A stretch of 64,000 nucleotides of DNA from Vampirovibrionales bacterium (lineage in GTDB: Bacteria; Cyanobacteriota; Vampirovibrionia; Vampirovibrionales; Vampirovibrionaceae): assembly GCA_029262635.1 (NCBI GenBank), contig JAJCZA010000029.1, forward strand, positions 29,938 through 93,937. The letters run 5' to 3'. The position numbers were made by a program, and so were the translations under genes. Positions 29,257-37,714 of the stretch are shown here, in pieces; the first letter of the stretch is position 1, and every line of letters starts with the position of its first letter. Below the pieces are notes generated by a model, which saw only the letters and a program-made list of their open reading frames with translations, was not told where the DNA came from and did not search any database.

Positions 29257-30204
29257 GTGAGCACGGCCACCCACAACGAAAACACAACCCCACCTCAGCA
29301 TTCGTCAGCTGAGGGTGTTAGCCATTCGCTGGCGGTGATTGAACCGTTGAGTTATCAATGCCCCTTTTGTCGGGGCAAACTGTCTAACGATATGGGTGAA
29401 AGCTATACCTGTTTTGATTGTCGAGCTAATTACTCTTCCCGGTTTCCTCGTGGCAAACGTCAGCCGGATTTTCGGATTGATGGCGGGGTCTATTCTAAAC
29501 GGCTGGATAAAACCGAAAGCTTTCAGAACCGTATTAAAATGATCCTGCGAAAATTTCCGGGTCTGTACCGCTTCTTGGTCTATGTCATCGGCCCGGCGCT
29601 TCTCCTTGGTCCAACCTCTCAAACCTTTGTTAACCAATTGAGTCCACATGACCGGGTGTTGAACATTGGTTCGGGTGTGATGCGCCTGAAAGGTAACGTC
29701 ACCCATCTGGATTATGAACCTTACCCTCATTTAGAAGTTGTTGGTGACGCACATCATCTGCCTTTTTCTGACAACTCCTTTGATGCTGTGGTTTGTGAGA
29801 CCTTGTTGGAACATGTGCCCGAACCTGCCCGGGTTATTAACGAAATGCGGCGGGTATTGCGGCCTGGTGGTAAAATCTACGTGATGATGCCGTTTATTTT
29901 TAATTTTCACGCTGCTCCCAATGATTTTCATCGGTTTACCCACCGGGGATTAGAACATCGGATGCGAGGATTTAAAAAAGATCAGCTTAAGGTTATTGCA
30001 GGGCCCACGTCTGCACTGACCTGCGTGTTGATCGAATGGTTGGCCATGGTCTTTTCATTTGGTAGTAGCACCCTGTATCGCTTTCTCAGTCTGTTTTTTA
30101 TGGTCTTATTATCGCCATTAAAGCTGTTGGACTTTGTTCTTTCTGCCCATCCAGAAGCCATACGCATCGCCTCGGTTCTCCTGTTTATTGGAACCAAGCG
30201 ATAG
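29257..30204 (+). CDS. Class I SAM-dependent methyltransferase #3 with N-terminal Cys4 zinc ribbon
   Basis: CPFCRGKLSN...CFDCRANY is a zinc ribbon. VLNIGSGVMRLKG... and DAVVCETLLEHVPEPARVINEMRRVLRPGGKIYVMMPF form the MTase core. There is a 2-nt gap from the previous gene. Confidence 0.8.
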   Translation: MSTATHNENTTPPQHSSAEGVSHSLAVIEPLSYQCPFCRGKLSNDMGESYTCFDCRANYSSRFPRGKRQPDFRIDGGVYSKRLDKTESFQNRIKMILRKFPGLYRFLVYVIGPALLLGPTSQTFVNQLSPHDRVLNIGSGVMRLKGNVTHLDYEPYPHLEVVGDAHHLPFSDNSFDAVVCETLLEHVPEPARVINEMRRVLRPGGKIYVMMPFIFNFHAAPNDFHRFTHRGLEHRMRGFKKDQLKVIAGPTSALTCVLIEWLAMVFSFGSSTLYRFLSLFFMVLLSPLKLLDFVLSAHPEAIRIASVLLFIGTKR

Positions 30205-30213
30205 GAGCACTCT

Positions 30214-31680
30214 TTGTTCATGCCTGATCTGTTTGAATCTATTTTTATGACCCGCTGGCTAATGTTAGGGTCCATGATGGTTTTGGGTGGGTTTACAGTA
30301 CTCTTAATCCGATCCCTCTGGCGGGATGGAAACACTCTGAAACAGGGGAAGCCAGAATTCCATCCGTTCCGTTGGCCAGTGATCTTGTTGGGTGTTGGGT
30401 TGCTTTTACGGTTGGGCTGGATTATAGCCACCCAACCGGAACCCATTAGTGATTTTCTTATTTATTGGCAATACGCCAGCGCTTTTGCTCAAGGAGGTTA
30501 TACTTACGCGGAGTTGAGCCGGCATCCGGGGATTATTGTCTTATATTCATGGTTTTTTAATCTGTTTGGCACGTCGCTGGCTACAGGTTGGGCCATGAAC
30601 ATGCTTTTTTCGGCGCTCATGATGGTGTTGATGTATGCGTTAGGTACTGATATTTTTGGCCGAAGAGCCGGGTTGCTGGCTTTGGGGTTGACGGCGTTTT
30701 TACCCCAGTTAATAACCTATACAGCACTGTTTGCTTCGGAAACCCCTGCCATTGCCTGCTTTTTGATGGTGCTTTGGGCGGTACTGTACAGCCGGAACCA
30801 TCCCGTCGGGCAGACCCTCGGTTACTGGATTGCTTTGGGGGTTCTGCTTTATGCCACTATTCTTCTTCGCTCCAGTGCCATGATCTTTTTGGGATTGATT
30901 CCTGTGCTGTTTTTTCTGTTTCGCCGAGACTATTGGCAAACGGTTCTCAAGCAATTTGCAGTCTTGGCCGTGACCACGGCCTTGCTGCTTTCTACATGGA
31001 TTGCCCACCAAAACGTTATTGGTGGCAGCCCAAAAATGTTTTGGGGCGCGGAACTCTGGTTGGGGTGTGCGATTCAGTACGAACGTGGTGGACGCTATAC
31101 GGATCCCAAAGACATGGGGTTTTACGAAAAAATTAAACCCTATTACGAAGCGGGTAATTTAATTAAAGCTTATGAAATCATTGGAGAGGAGTCCATGAAA
31201 GTAGTCCTCGCTGATCCGTTTAAATACTTGGCCAATGGTGTTACCCGAATGCGGTATATTGTTTGGACCTCTCAGACTGGCATTCGTTGGAGCCACCGGG
31301 GGAGTCAAGTGGGTTCTGGGTTGATGGATCGCTGGCCTCAAAAATACATCAACAAGCTGGCCAATGTCTCTACGATTCTTTGGCAGATTATTCTGTGCAC
31401 CTCTTTGTTAGGGCTATTTACTTATCGTCCTCGCTTTTATCAAAAACGGTCAGACACCGTACAAGAGACTCATCAAGAAGGGTGGGTTTTTATCCTGGGC
31501 TTTCTTCTTATTTGGGGTGTATTTCATTACCTGTTTGCTGTGGCGAGTGAGCGCTATTCTTTCCAGATCATTCCGTTTATCTTATTGTTCTTCTCCGGTG
31601 GTGTGTTATGGATGATTCGAACCCTAAGCGAGCTTTTCCAAAAATCATCGGTTACAATGGAATCAGAGTCACTTCACTAA
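30214..31680 (+). CDS. GT-C fold membrane glycosyltransferase (ArnT/PMT_2-like) #3, terminal gene of the GT2-MT-MT-MT-GT-C operon
   Basis: 488-aa polytopic protein. Loop WRDGNTLKQGKPEFHPFRWPVILLGVGLLLRLGWIIATQPEPISDFLIYWQYASAFAQGGYTY resembles the ArnT/PMT N-terminal region. It lies 9 nt after MTase #3. Confidence 0.65.
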   Translation: MFMPDLFESIFMTRWLMLGSMMVLGGFTVLLIRSLWRDGNTLKQGKPEFHPFRWPVILLGVGLLLRLGWIIATQPEPISDFLIYWQYASAFAQGGYTYAELSRHPGIIVLYSWFFNLFGTSLATGWAMNMLFSALMMVLMYALGTDIFGRRAGLLALGLTAFLPQLITYTALFASETPAIACFLMVLWAVLYSRNHPVGQTLGYWIALGVLLYATILLRSSAMIFLGLIPVLFFLFRRDYWQTVLKQFAVLAVTTALLLSTWIAHQNVIGGSPKMFWGAELWLGCAIQYERGGRYTDPKDMGFYEKIKPYYEAGNLIKAYEIIGEESMKVVLADPFKYLANGVTRMRYIVWTSQTGIRWSHRGSQVGSGLMDRWPQKYINKLANVSTILWQIILCTSLLGLFTYRPRFYQKRSDTVQETHQEGWVFILGFLLIWGVFHYLFAVASERYSFQIIPFILLFFSGGVLWMIRTLSELFQKSSVTMESESLH

Positions 31681-31692
31681 ATCCTATAATAG

Positions 31693-32184
31693 TTGAAAAC
31701 GCCATTGATGAAATATTTTAAGTACTATAGCATTCTGTTTTTAATGAATTTGGTCTGCTTTTCTATCGTGTTTTGTTCGGGTTTTGCAAACGAGCGCCTT
31801 ATTTTATTGGATGAAACGTTTGGTGGCCCAACCACGTACTTGGACTTAGCCAGTTTGCGGCCGGATTCAGCCAATACAGTCGAATTCAATCTGTTAATCG
31901 ATTATAATCGACCGGCCCCTCCGTACATTGCTCCCAAACCCAAATTTCCCGGCATTCTAAAGCAGGTTCCAGTGGTGGACCGTGCTGTACCCATCCGGAA
32001 AATTCAGTTAAACCTGTTGGCGCACTGCCCACAAAAACAGTATGCCATTACCCGAACGGTTCATTATGATGGGTATCAAAAAGAAATTTACCGACTCCAG
32101 ACCTCAACGCCTCACTGGAAACCTTTCCGACTAAACGACGATCCCGTCGATCGCCTTTTGTACCAACGAGTTTGTCCTTCGTAG
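31693..32184 (+). CDS. Hypothetical secreted protein (163 aa), possibly last gene of the glycosylation operon
   Basis: Signal peptide MKYFKYYSILFLMNLVCFSIVFCSGFA. It lies 12 nt after GT-C #3. Confidence 0.5.
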   Translation: MKTPLMKYFKYYSILFLMNLVCFSIVFCSGFANERLILLDETFGGPTTYLDLASLRPDSANTVEFNLLIDYNRPAPPYIAPKPKFPGILKQVPVVDRAVPIRKIQLNLLAHCPQKQYAITRTVHYDGYQKEIYRLQTSTPHWKPFRLNDDPVDRLLYQRVCPS

Positions 32185-32217
32185 GAATGAAAATAAGAGC
32201 GAACGGCTCCAAGACCT

Positions 32218-32697
32218 TTAGTTTTCTTTGGGTTGAAGTATTTTAAAAAGGTGTGGAAATAGTGCTTTGAAGCGGTTCATCACATGGTGAAATTCTTTAC
32301 AGCTGGTATTTCCATTGCAAATACCCGAGAGCGTAATGTTGGGATAGCTTTTAGAAAGTGTTTCTAGATAACTCTGACTCTCTTCTTGGCCTATCTTTTT
32401 AAGATTTTCCAGATTATGCTGCTGAGCAAAGTTTTCTCGTTCAAGTATCTTCTTTAGAAGAGGATAGATAGAATTTTTATTATGAAGAACTTGCGTGTTT
32501 TCTGGTTTAATGGGTCCTATATTATTGACTCTTATGGTTTCATCATCAAGATTGAGGGCTAATTGAAAAGAGTCATTTCCAAAAGAAGAGAGGGGTGCAA
32601 GTTGCCTATCTTTTCCAGTCAGGTGAGCAGTCAGCAAGGCTTCATTTGTTGACATGTTTGCTGATAAAATCTGAATACTCCCAAATGTGATTGCCAT
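32218..32697 (-). CDS. Hypothetical protein, paralog A of tandem pair
   Basis: 159 aa. Shares LTxxDxxLAP...F.DD.F.L...KILE.R...YL..L.K.YPN.TL...FHHVM..F with 32750-33229. Confidence 0.5.
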   Translation of the reverse strand: MAITFGSIQILSANMSTNEALLTAHLTGKDRQLAPLSSFGNDSFQLALNLDDETIRVNNIGPIKPENTQVLHNKNSIYPLLKKILERENFAQQHNLENLKKIGQEESQSYLETLSKSYPNITLSGICNGNTSCKEFHHVMNRFKALFPHLFKILQPKEN

Positions 32698-32749
32698 GAT
32701 AACCGAACGTTCCTTATTTTATTGCTTTATCCTCAGTCGTGATCGTATT

Positions 32750-33229
32750 TTACGAAGCGGGTGGATCTTTTTCTATAAACTGTTCAAAAATCTGCATAAC
32801 ATGGTGAAAATCTTGATAATAATGGGCTCCATTCACGTTTTCAAGGGTCACATTCGGATAGGTTTTCGTCAGCGCATTTAAGTACACTTTATTTTCGATT
32901 CCCTTTTCTTTTTTAAGTGTCGCTAACAGGGCTTGAGCGTTTAGTGTTCGATTTTCCAATATTTTATTGAGCAAGAGGAGAGCATGTTTTGTTTGGATGG
33001 GTACAGTGATTCTCTGTAAGCTGTTTCCAAGCAAAGGCAATTCTCCTTGGACGAGCAATCCCTGTTCGGCATGATTGGCCCGTAACTCAAAAAAATCATC
33101 CTTAAAGGCTGGCACTGGTGCCAAGGCCTGATCCTCTTTCGTTAACCGGACACTCATGGAGGTTTGGTTACGCCCATCTTGATCATAGTGCTTAGCCGAA
33201 CTGACTGAAATACCCTTAAACTTAATCAT
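32750..33229 (-). CDS. Hypothetical protein, paralog B of tandem pair
   Basis: 159 aa, the same length as paralog A and collinear with it. Confidence 0.5.
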   Translation of the reverse strand: MIKFKGISVSSAKHYDQDGRNQTSMSVRLTKEDQALAPVPAFKDDFFELRANHAEQGLLVQGELPLLGNSLQRITVPIQTKHALLLLNKILENRTLNAQALLATLKKEKGIENKVYLNALTKTYPNVTLENVNGAHYYQDFHHVMQIFEQFIEKDPPAS

Positions 33230-33261
33230 ACCCTTGATATATTCCCTCTTATTGCTGTTAG

Positions 33262-33531
33262 CTAGCCCAAGAGATTCAATCGTGTTCCAATTTTCCCAGT
33301 CAGAGCGACTAAATCTTGCTGGGTGTTATTCAGTGCGCTAGTCCCTTTAACGCCAAATAAGTCCAGTCCGTCTAACTTTGGCAAAGTGGTTCCCGAAAAA
33401 GCGGTTTGAGCTTGCTTTGTGCTTGAAACACTAGCAGTCGGTTTAACCGGATTCATACCGGAACCTTGAAATCGGAGGGCTTCTAATGACATAAGATAGA
33501 AATCCAGATTGGTTAATAACGGTGTAATCAT
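33262..33531 (-). CDS. Small hypothetical protein (89 aa), paralogous to 33666-33872
   Basis: Shares the FQG(S/N) ... (A/V)xFSGT(T/Q) ... G Ser/Thr/Gly-rich pattern with the next small ORF. Confidence 0.4.
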   Translation of the reverse strand: MITPLLTNLDFYLMSLEALRFQGSGMNPVKPTASVSSTKQAQTAFSGTTLPKLDGLDLFGVKGTSALNNTQQDLVALTGKIGTRLNLLG

Positions 33532-33665
33532 AGCAGGAGCATGATTTTAAGGCAAAATTTATTTTATTATAAACCAGTAGAGTTGAGCTATTTTCTAATA
33601 CCAAAAAACCGGGATGACAGTCCCGGTTATCAATAACGAATATAAGAATATGAGTAAGTAAGTAC

Positions 33666-33872
33666 TTAAGCTATGACATTCAAGTTTTTTCCAGCCAATG
33701 ACATTCCACCGGAGAAGCGAGGCATCAAAACGCCTGTATTATCACCAAACTGAGTACCTGAAAAAGTGACGGGTGCCTTTTTTGTATGTTTCATAAGGCC
33801 TTCCGTAAGATGACTTTTGACATGATTCAAAAATGCTGGCTGATTCCCCTGAAAAGATCCAACTTTCTGCAT
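33666..33872 (-). CDS. Small hypothetical protein (68 aa)
   Basis: See 33262-33531. It lies directly downstream of nrdJ on the same strand. Confidence 0.4.
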   Translation of the reverse strand: MQKVGSFQGNQPAFLNHVKSHLTEGLMKHTKKAPVTFSGTQFGDNTGVLMPRFSGGMSLAGKNLNVIA

Positions 33873-33953
33873 AGATTCCCTCCTAAATGCTGTGTTCAGA
33901 AACCATTGTACCAGAAACTCTCTGATCGGGCAAATGTCCGCTTAACAATTATG

Positions 33954-35885
33954 TCAATCGCACTCCAGGCAAGTCGAAGAACCGAACGTGTCTGGGTGTC
34001 CTTCCAGAGACATGGGTTGATTTTGGCGACTGTTATCACGGTACACCGTTAGCCCTTTGATTGTTCTGGAACGAAAACCTTGCCAATAGGCTTCAGCAAT
34101 GTCTTTCTGCTTTGCGTCTTCAGGAAAGTTAATGGTTTTGGACACGGCGTTGTCTGTAAACTCTTGAAAAGCTTCTTGCATAAGGATATGCCAGTGGGGG
34201 GAAATATCATGTGCGGTGACAAAAAGGCGTTTCATGGATTCAGGAACTTCTTCTAAATGAGCCAATGTTCCGGCTTGTGTAATTTTTAGCAGGGTTTTCT
34301 GTTTGTCTATCGGCGTGGTTGCCAACCATTTGAGAAAAAGGGGGTGGGCCTCTGTCAGCTCTTCACCATCTAGTACATGGCGATTAAAAGCAACGGAAAA
34401 CAGGGGTTCAATACCCCCAGAAGCCCCTGCGATGATGCTGATAGTTCCAGTGGGGGCTATACAGGTGGTTGTCGCGTTTCGAAGCCCTTCCTGATGAATA
34501 GCTCTGTCCAGTGCCTCCCAATGACTTTGCTGAAGGAGTTGGGTTGGGTGACGGCCATGTTTTTCTGTAAGCCAATGCCTTATGGCATACGGGCTTTTTG
34601 GAAAGTTTGGAAACGAGCCTCGTTCTTTCGCGAGAGCCACGGATGCCTGTTTGCTATGGTAGTCTATCCAGCTGGCCACTTCTCGGGCTAATGTTGTGGC
34701 TTCTTCAGTATCATAGGGAATTCCGAGAGCCAGTAATAAATCGGCCCAGCCCATGACGCCCAGTCCAATTTTTCGGTTCCCTAATACTTGTTCCTCAATC
34801 TTGGGTAGTGGGTACTGGTTCTGGGTAATCACGTTATCCAAAAACCTTACGGCCAGCGTGACAGTTTCTGCCAGTGATTCCCAGTTGATAACTGTCTGAC
34901 TGTCTGTTTCTTTTAGAAAACGTCCCAGATGAATAGAACCCAGATTGCAGGCTTCGTAGGGTAGCAGAGGTACTTCGCCGCAGGGATTGGTGGATTCAAT
35001 GAGTCCGATGGCAGGTGTCGGGTTATCCTGGTTAATGCGATCAATAAAGACCAGTCCGGGTTCGCCCGAAAGCCAGGCGTTTTTAACAATTTGATCGAAC
35101 AATTTTCGGGCCGGTATGTTTTTTACCGTTAGCCTGCTCCCTGGATGAATCAATGGGAAATCCGAATCCGTTTCTACAGCGTGCATAAAGGCATCTGTAA
35201 TGGCGATAGAAATATTGAAATTGGTAATTTGGTCTAAATCCCGCTTGCAGTGGATAAAGGCTTCAATGTCTGGATGGTCTATCCGTAAAATACCCATATT
35301 GGCACCTCGACGAGTACCTCCTTGCTTGACGGCTTCGGTGGCGGCATTATAAACCTTCATAAAGGATACGGGACCGGAGGACACCCCCATGGTCGAGTTA
35401 ACTCGATCCCCCTGAGGACGAAGATTTGAAAAAGAAAATCCGGTACCGCCGCCGCTTTGATGGATTAGTGCCGCATGCTTCAGGGTATCAAAAATGGATT
35501 CCAGTGAATCCTGAATGGGGAGAACAAAGCAGGCGGATAATTGCCCAAGGGGTTGTCCGGCATTCATAAGGGTGGGGCTGTTAGGCATAAAGCGCAGGCT
35601 GGTCAAAAGTTCGTAAAACGTACGGGCCCATTGTTCAACCTCAACTTTGGTCTTTCCGCAGGCCGCCTCTCCTCGCGCAATGTGGCAGGCTACGCGCCAG
35701 AATAGCTCATTGGGCGTTTCCGATACCTGACCTTTGTCGTCCCGTAACAAATAACGGTGTGCCAGAACTGTCAGACTGTTTTCTGTCAGGCTATTTTCCG
35801 GATGGAAGTCTTTGGGGAGAGGCATTGGTTTAAATGAACTCATTTTGTTTTTATGACTCCTGTAAAAAGGCTCTTTCTCTATCAT
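33954..35885 (-). CDS. nrdJ: Class II (adenosylcobalamin-dependent) ribonucleotide reductase
   Basis: 643 aa with no ATP cone and no adjacent nrdB. Active-site TNPCGEVPLLPYEACNLGSI. N-terminus HPENSLTENSLTVLAHRYLLRDDKGQVSETPNELFWRVACHIA is typical of NrdJ. Confidence 0.85.
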   Translation of the reverse strand: MIEKEPFYRSHKNKMSSFKPMPLPKDFHPENSLTENSLTVLAHRYLLRDDKGQVSETPNELFWRVACHIARGEAACGKTKVEVEQWARTFYELLTSLRFMPNSPTLMNAGQPLGQLSACFVLPIQDSLESIFDTLKHAALIHQSGGGTGFSFSNLRPQGDRVNSTMGVSSGPVSFMKVYNAATEAVKQGGTRRGANMGILRIDHPDIEAFIHCKRDLDQITNFNISIAITDAFMHAVETDSDFPLIHPGSRLTVKNIPARKLFDQIVKNAWLSGEPGLVFIDRINQDNPTPAIGLIESTNPCGEVPLLPYEACNLGSIHLGRFLKETDSQTVINWESLAETVTLAVRFLDNVITQNQYPLPKIEEQVLGNRKIGLGVMGWADLLLALGIPYDTEEATTLAREVASWIDYHSKQASVALAKERGSFPNFPKSPYAIRHWLTEKHGRHPTQLLQQSHWEALDRAIHQEGLRNATTTCIAPTGTISIIAGASGGIEPLFSVAFNRHVLDGEELTEAHPLFLKWLATTPIDKQKTLLKITQAGTLAHLEEVPESMKRLFVTAHDISPHWHILMQEAFQEFTDNAVSKTINFPEDAKQKDIAEAYWQGFRSRTIKGLTVYRDNSRQNQPMSLEGHPDTFGSSTCLECD

Positions 35886-35991
35886 AGATGAAAAAGCGGC
35901 TTGAGCCTACTGCTTATAAATGGTTGGCGTGCTAGCGAATGCCAAAGCTTTAAAAATCAGGTAAAATAAGAAACAGGAGTAAGAACCTGTC

Positions 35992-36780
35992 ATGACCCAA
36001 ACCTATCTGGATCAATGCTTAAAAGATGATCTGACCGTGCGTTGGCCGGACAGCGCTATGCCCATTAAGGTTTATGTGGCGCCCTTTAAGTGGTATGAAA
36101 AATCCAAACAGCAGGAATCGTACGCTTACAATAAAATGGTGCTGGAAGCCTTAAATCTCTGGTCTAATATTTCCAATGGGAGCATTAAATTTCAGTTGGT
36201 TCAGGCTGTGAGTCAGTCTCAGATTGATATTAGCTGGCGGCGGGTCGATCGAAAATCGCTGGGTCATTGCGAATATCTGATTAGCCCAGACTCGGCCATG
36301 TATTCTTGCGAAATTAAAATCGGAATTTCCGATGGACTGATTCATGCGCAATATAACGATTTTAGCGAGGTCGAGCATACGATTCTTCACGAGTTAGGTC
36401 ATGCGTTGGGCCTCATCGGTCATAGTAAGGGCTCGACGGATATTATGTATGTCCCCCATCAATATGGGGTTACGGGTCTTTCCAAACGAGACGTGGAAAC
36501 CCTCCGGTGGCTTTATAAACTTCCGGTGGGCTTCAATTATCAAATGGCCGGACAAAAGTATAATTTACCTCCCGGTTTTACGATTCACGATGTGATTGAC
36601 GCCATGTTAGGGGGCACGTCCAAAGCAAAACCTCAAAGTAGCTCTTCCAAGGAGGAAAAGAAATACCGGGAAAAGCCGGAAATTCTTCTTGAGCATCATG
36701 ATATTTTAGAGCAAATGGGCAAATTCCACATGTCTACCCAAAATATTCTCAAGCCCCCGTCCGATAAAAATAACGCCTGA
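35992..36780 (+). CDS. Matrixin-like zinc metalloprotease (metzincin, M10)
   Basis: HELGHALGLIGHS (HExxHxxGxxH) plus the Met-turn STDIMYVP. No signal peptide is apparent. Confidence 0.8.
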   Translation: MTQTYLDQCLKDDLTVRWPDSAMPIKVYVAPFKWYEKSKQQESYAYNKMVLEALNLWSNISNGSIKFQLVQAVSQSQIDISWRRVDRKSLGHCEYLISPDSAMYSCEIKIGISDGLIHAQYNDFSEVEHTILHELGHALGLIGHSKGSTDIMYVPHQYGVTGLSKRDVETLRWLYKLPVGFNYQMAGQKYNLPPGFTIHDVIDAMLGGTSKAKPQSSSSKEEKKYREKPEILLEHHDILEQMGKFHMSTQNILKPPSDKNNA

Positions 36781-36857
36781 TTTTTTTATAAAAAGCAATT
36801 AAATGGGAGGAGCGCTTTTTATCTTATTATCCTAATTAATATCCGGGGATATGTTCA

Positions 36858-37673
36858 ATGGTTAATTCGCTTTCATTCCATAGAGCCGTTCTCTCTTCGA
36901 CCCCTTCTTTAGGGGGCTTAACGTCTCAAGTAGGAAATTTCCAATCGGAGAAAATAACGTTTCTAAAAGCGAGCCCTGTGAAAAGGCTTGCTTTTCCGGC
37001 CATGGGAACCGTGATGTTTCTGGGTCAAAACCATTCAAAGCTTGAATCTCAGACTGTTTTGTCCAGATTAGCCGAACGGAATGGTACGAGCGTTCAACAT
37101 TTATCGCCAATGATAGCCCTACTCCCAGAAGTGCTTTCAGAAAAAAATTCTAAAGAACTCATAGAGCTTGCTCGTCAGCTCATTGAATCTGATCGAATAC
37201 CTTCAGGGCTTTTACAAACCTCTGAAGGACGAGTGATTAAGAGTCGAAGCAGTCAATTGGCTCGCGCTCGAATGAGTGGAGCTAAAATCGACTCTATATT
37301 AAATGGACTGGGTAATACCTTGGGCATTTCTGCTCGGAATATGGAACCCATGGTACAGGTTTTGTGTTATCAAGAAAGCGATGAAATGGCGTACCATTCG
37401 GATGAGCTAAAACCGTCTAAAAAACAGGGCGGAAAAGCGATAAAAAATCAACGTGTTCTTTCGTTGGTTGCTTCTCTTGATTCAAAATTAAAGAAAGGAG
37501 GTTCTACGGAGTTTAAAGATGATCAGATCAATCAGGGCAAGTCATTAAATATTCAATTGCCTCCACGTCATGCTCTTTTGTTTGAGTCTTATTTAAATCA
37601 TCGTGGAGCCTCCGTTGTTGAAGGTGAAAAGTGGGTTCTTGTGGTTTGGATCCGCCAAAAAGCACTGTCCTAA
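36858..37673 (+). CDS. Prolyl-4-hydroxylase-like 2OG-Fe(II) oxygenase (C-terminal domain)
   Basis: Facial triad HxD...H (YHSDEL ... NHRG) and C-terminal VVEGEKWVLVVWIR (compare P4H GNKWVANKWIH). Confidence 0.6.
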   Translation: MVNSLSFHRAVLSSTPSLGGLTSQVGNFQSEKITFLKASPVKRLAFPAMGTVMFLGQNHSKLESQTVLSRLAERNGTSVQHLSPMIALLPEVLSEKNSKELIELARQLIESDRIPSGLLQTSEGRVIKSRSSQLARARMSGAKIDSILNGLGNTLGISARNMEPMVQVLCYQESDEMAYHSDELKPSKKQGGKAIKNQRVLSLVASLDSKLKKGGSTEFKDDQINQGKSLNIQLPPRHALLFESYLNHRGASVVEGEKWVLVVWIRQKALS

Positions 37674-37685
37674 AAAATTCCAGGT

Positions 37686-37714
37686 AAAAAAAAAGAGACG
37701 GGGTAAGCGTCTCT
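37686..37714 (-). terminator. Rho-independent terminator on minus strand (AGAGACG-gggtaag-CGTCTCT followed by U9)
   Basis: Perfect 7-bp stem and an A9 run on the plus strand (U-run in the minus RNA). It lies 485 nt downstream of the acyl-CoA dehydrogenase stop. Confidence 0.6.

Noticed and set aside
35886-35991. Possible cobalamin riboswitch upstream of the B12-dependent nrdJ
   Set aside because: Only 106 nt of divergent intergenic DNA, too short for a B12 element. No GCCACTG-type B12 box is visible.
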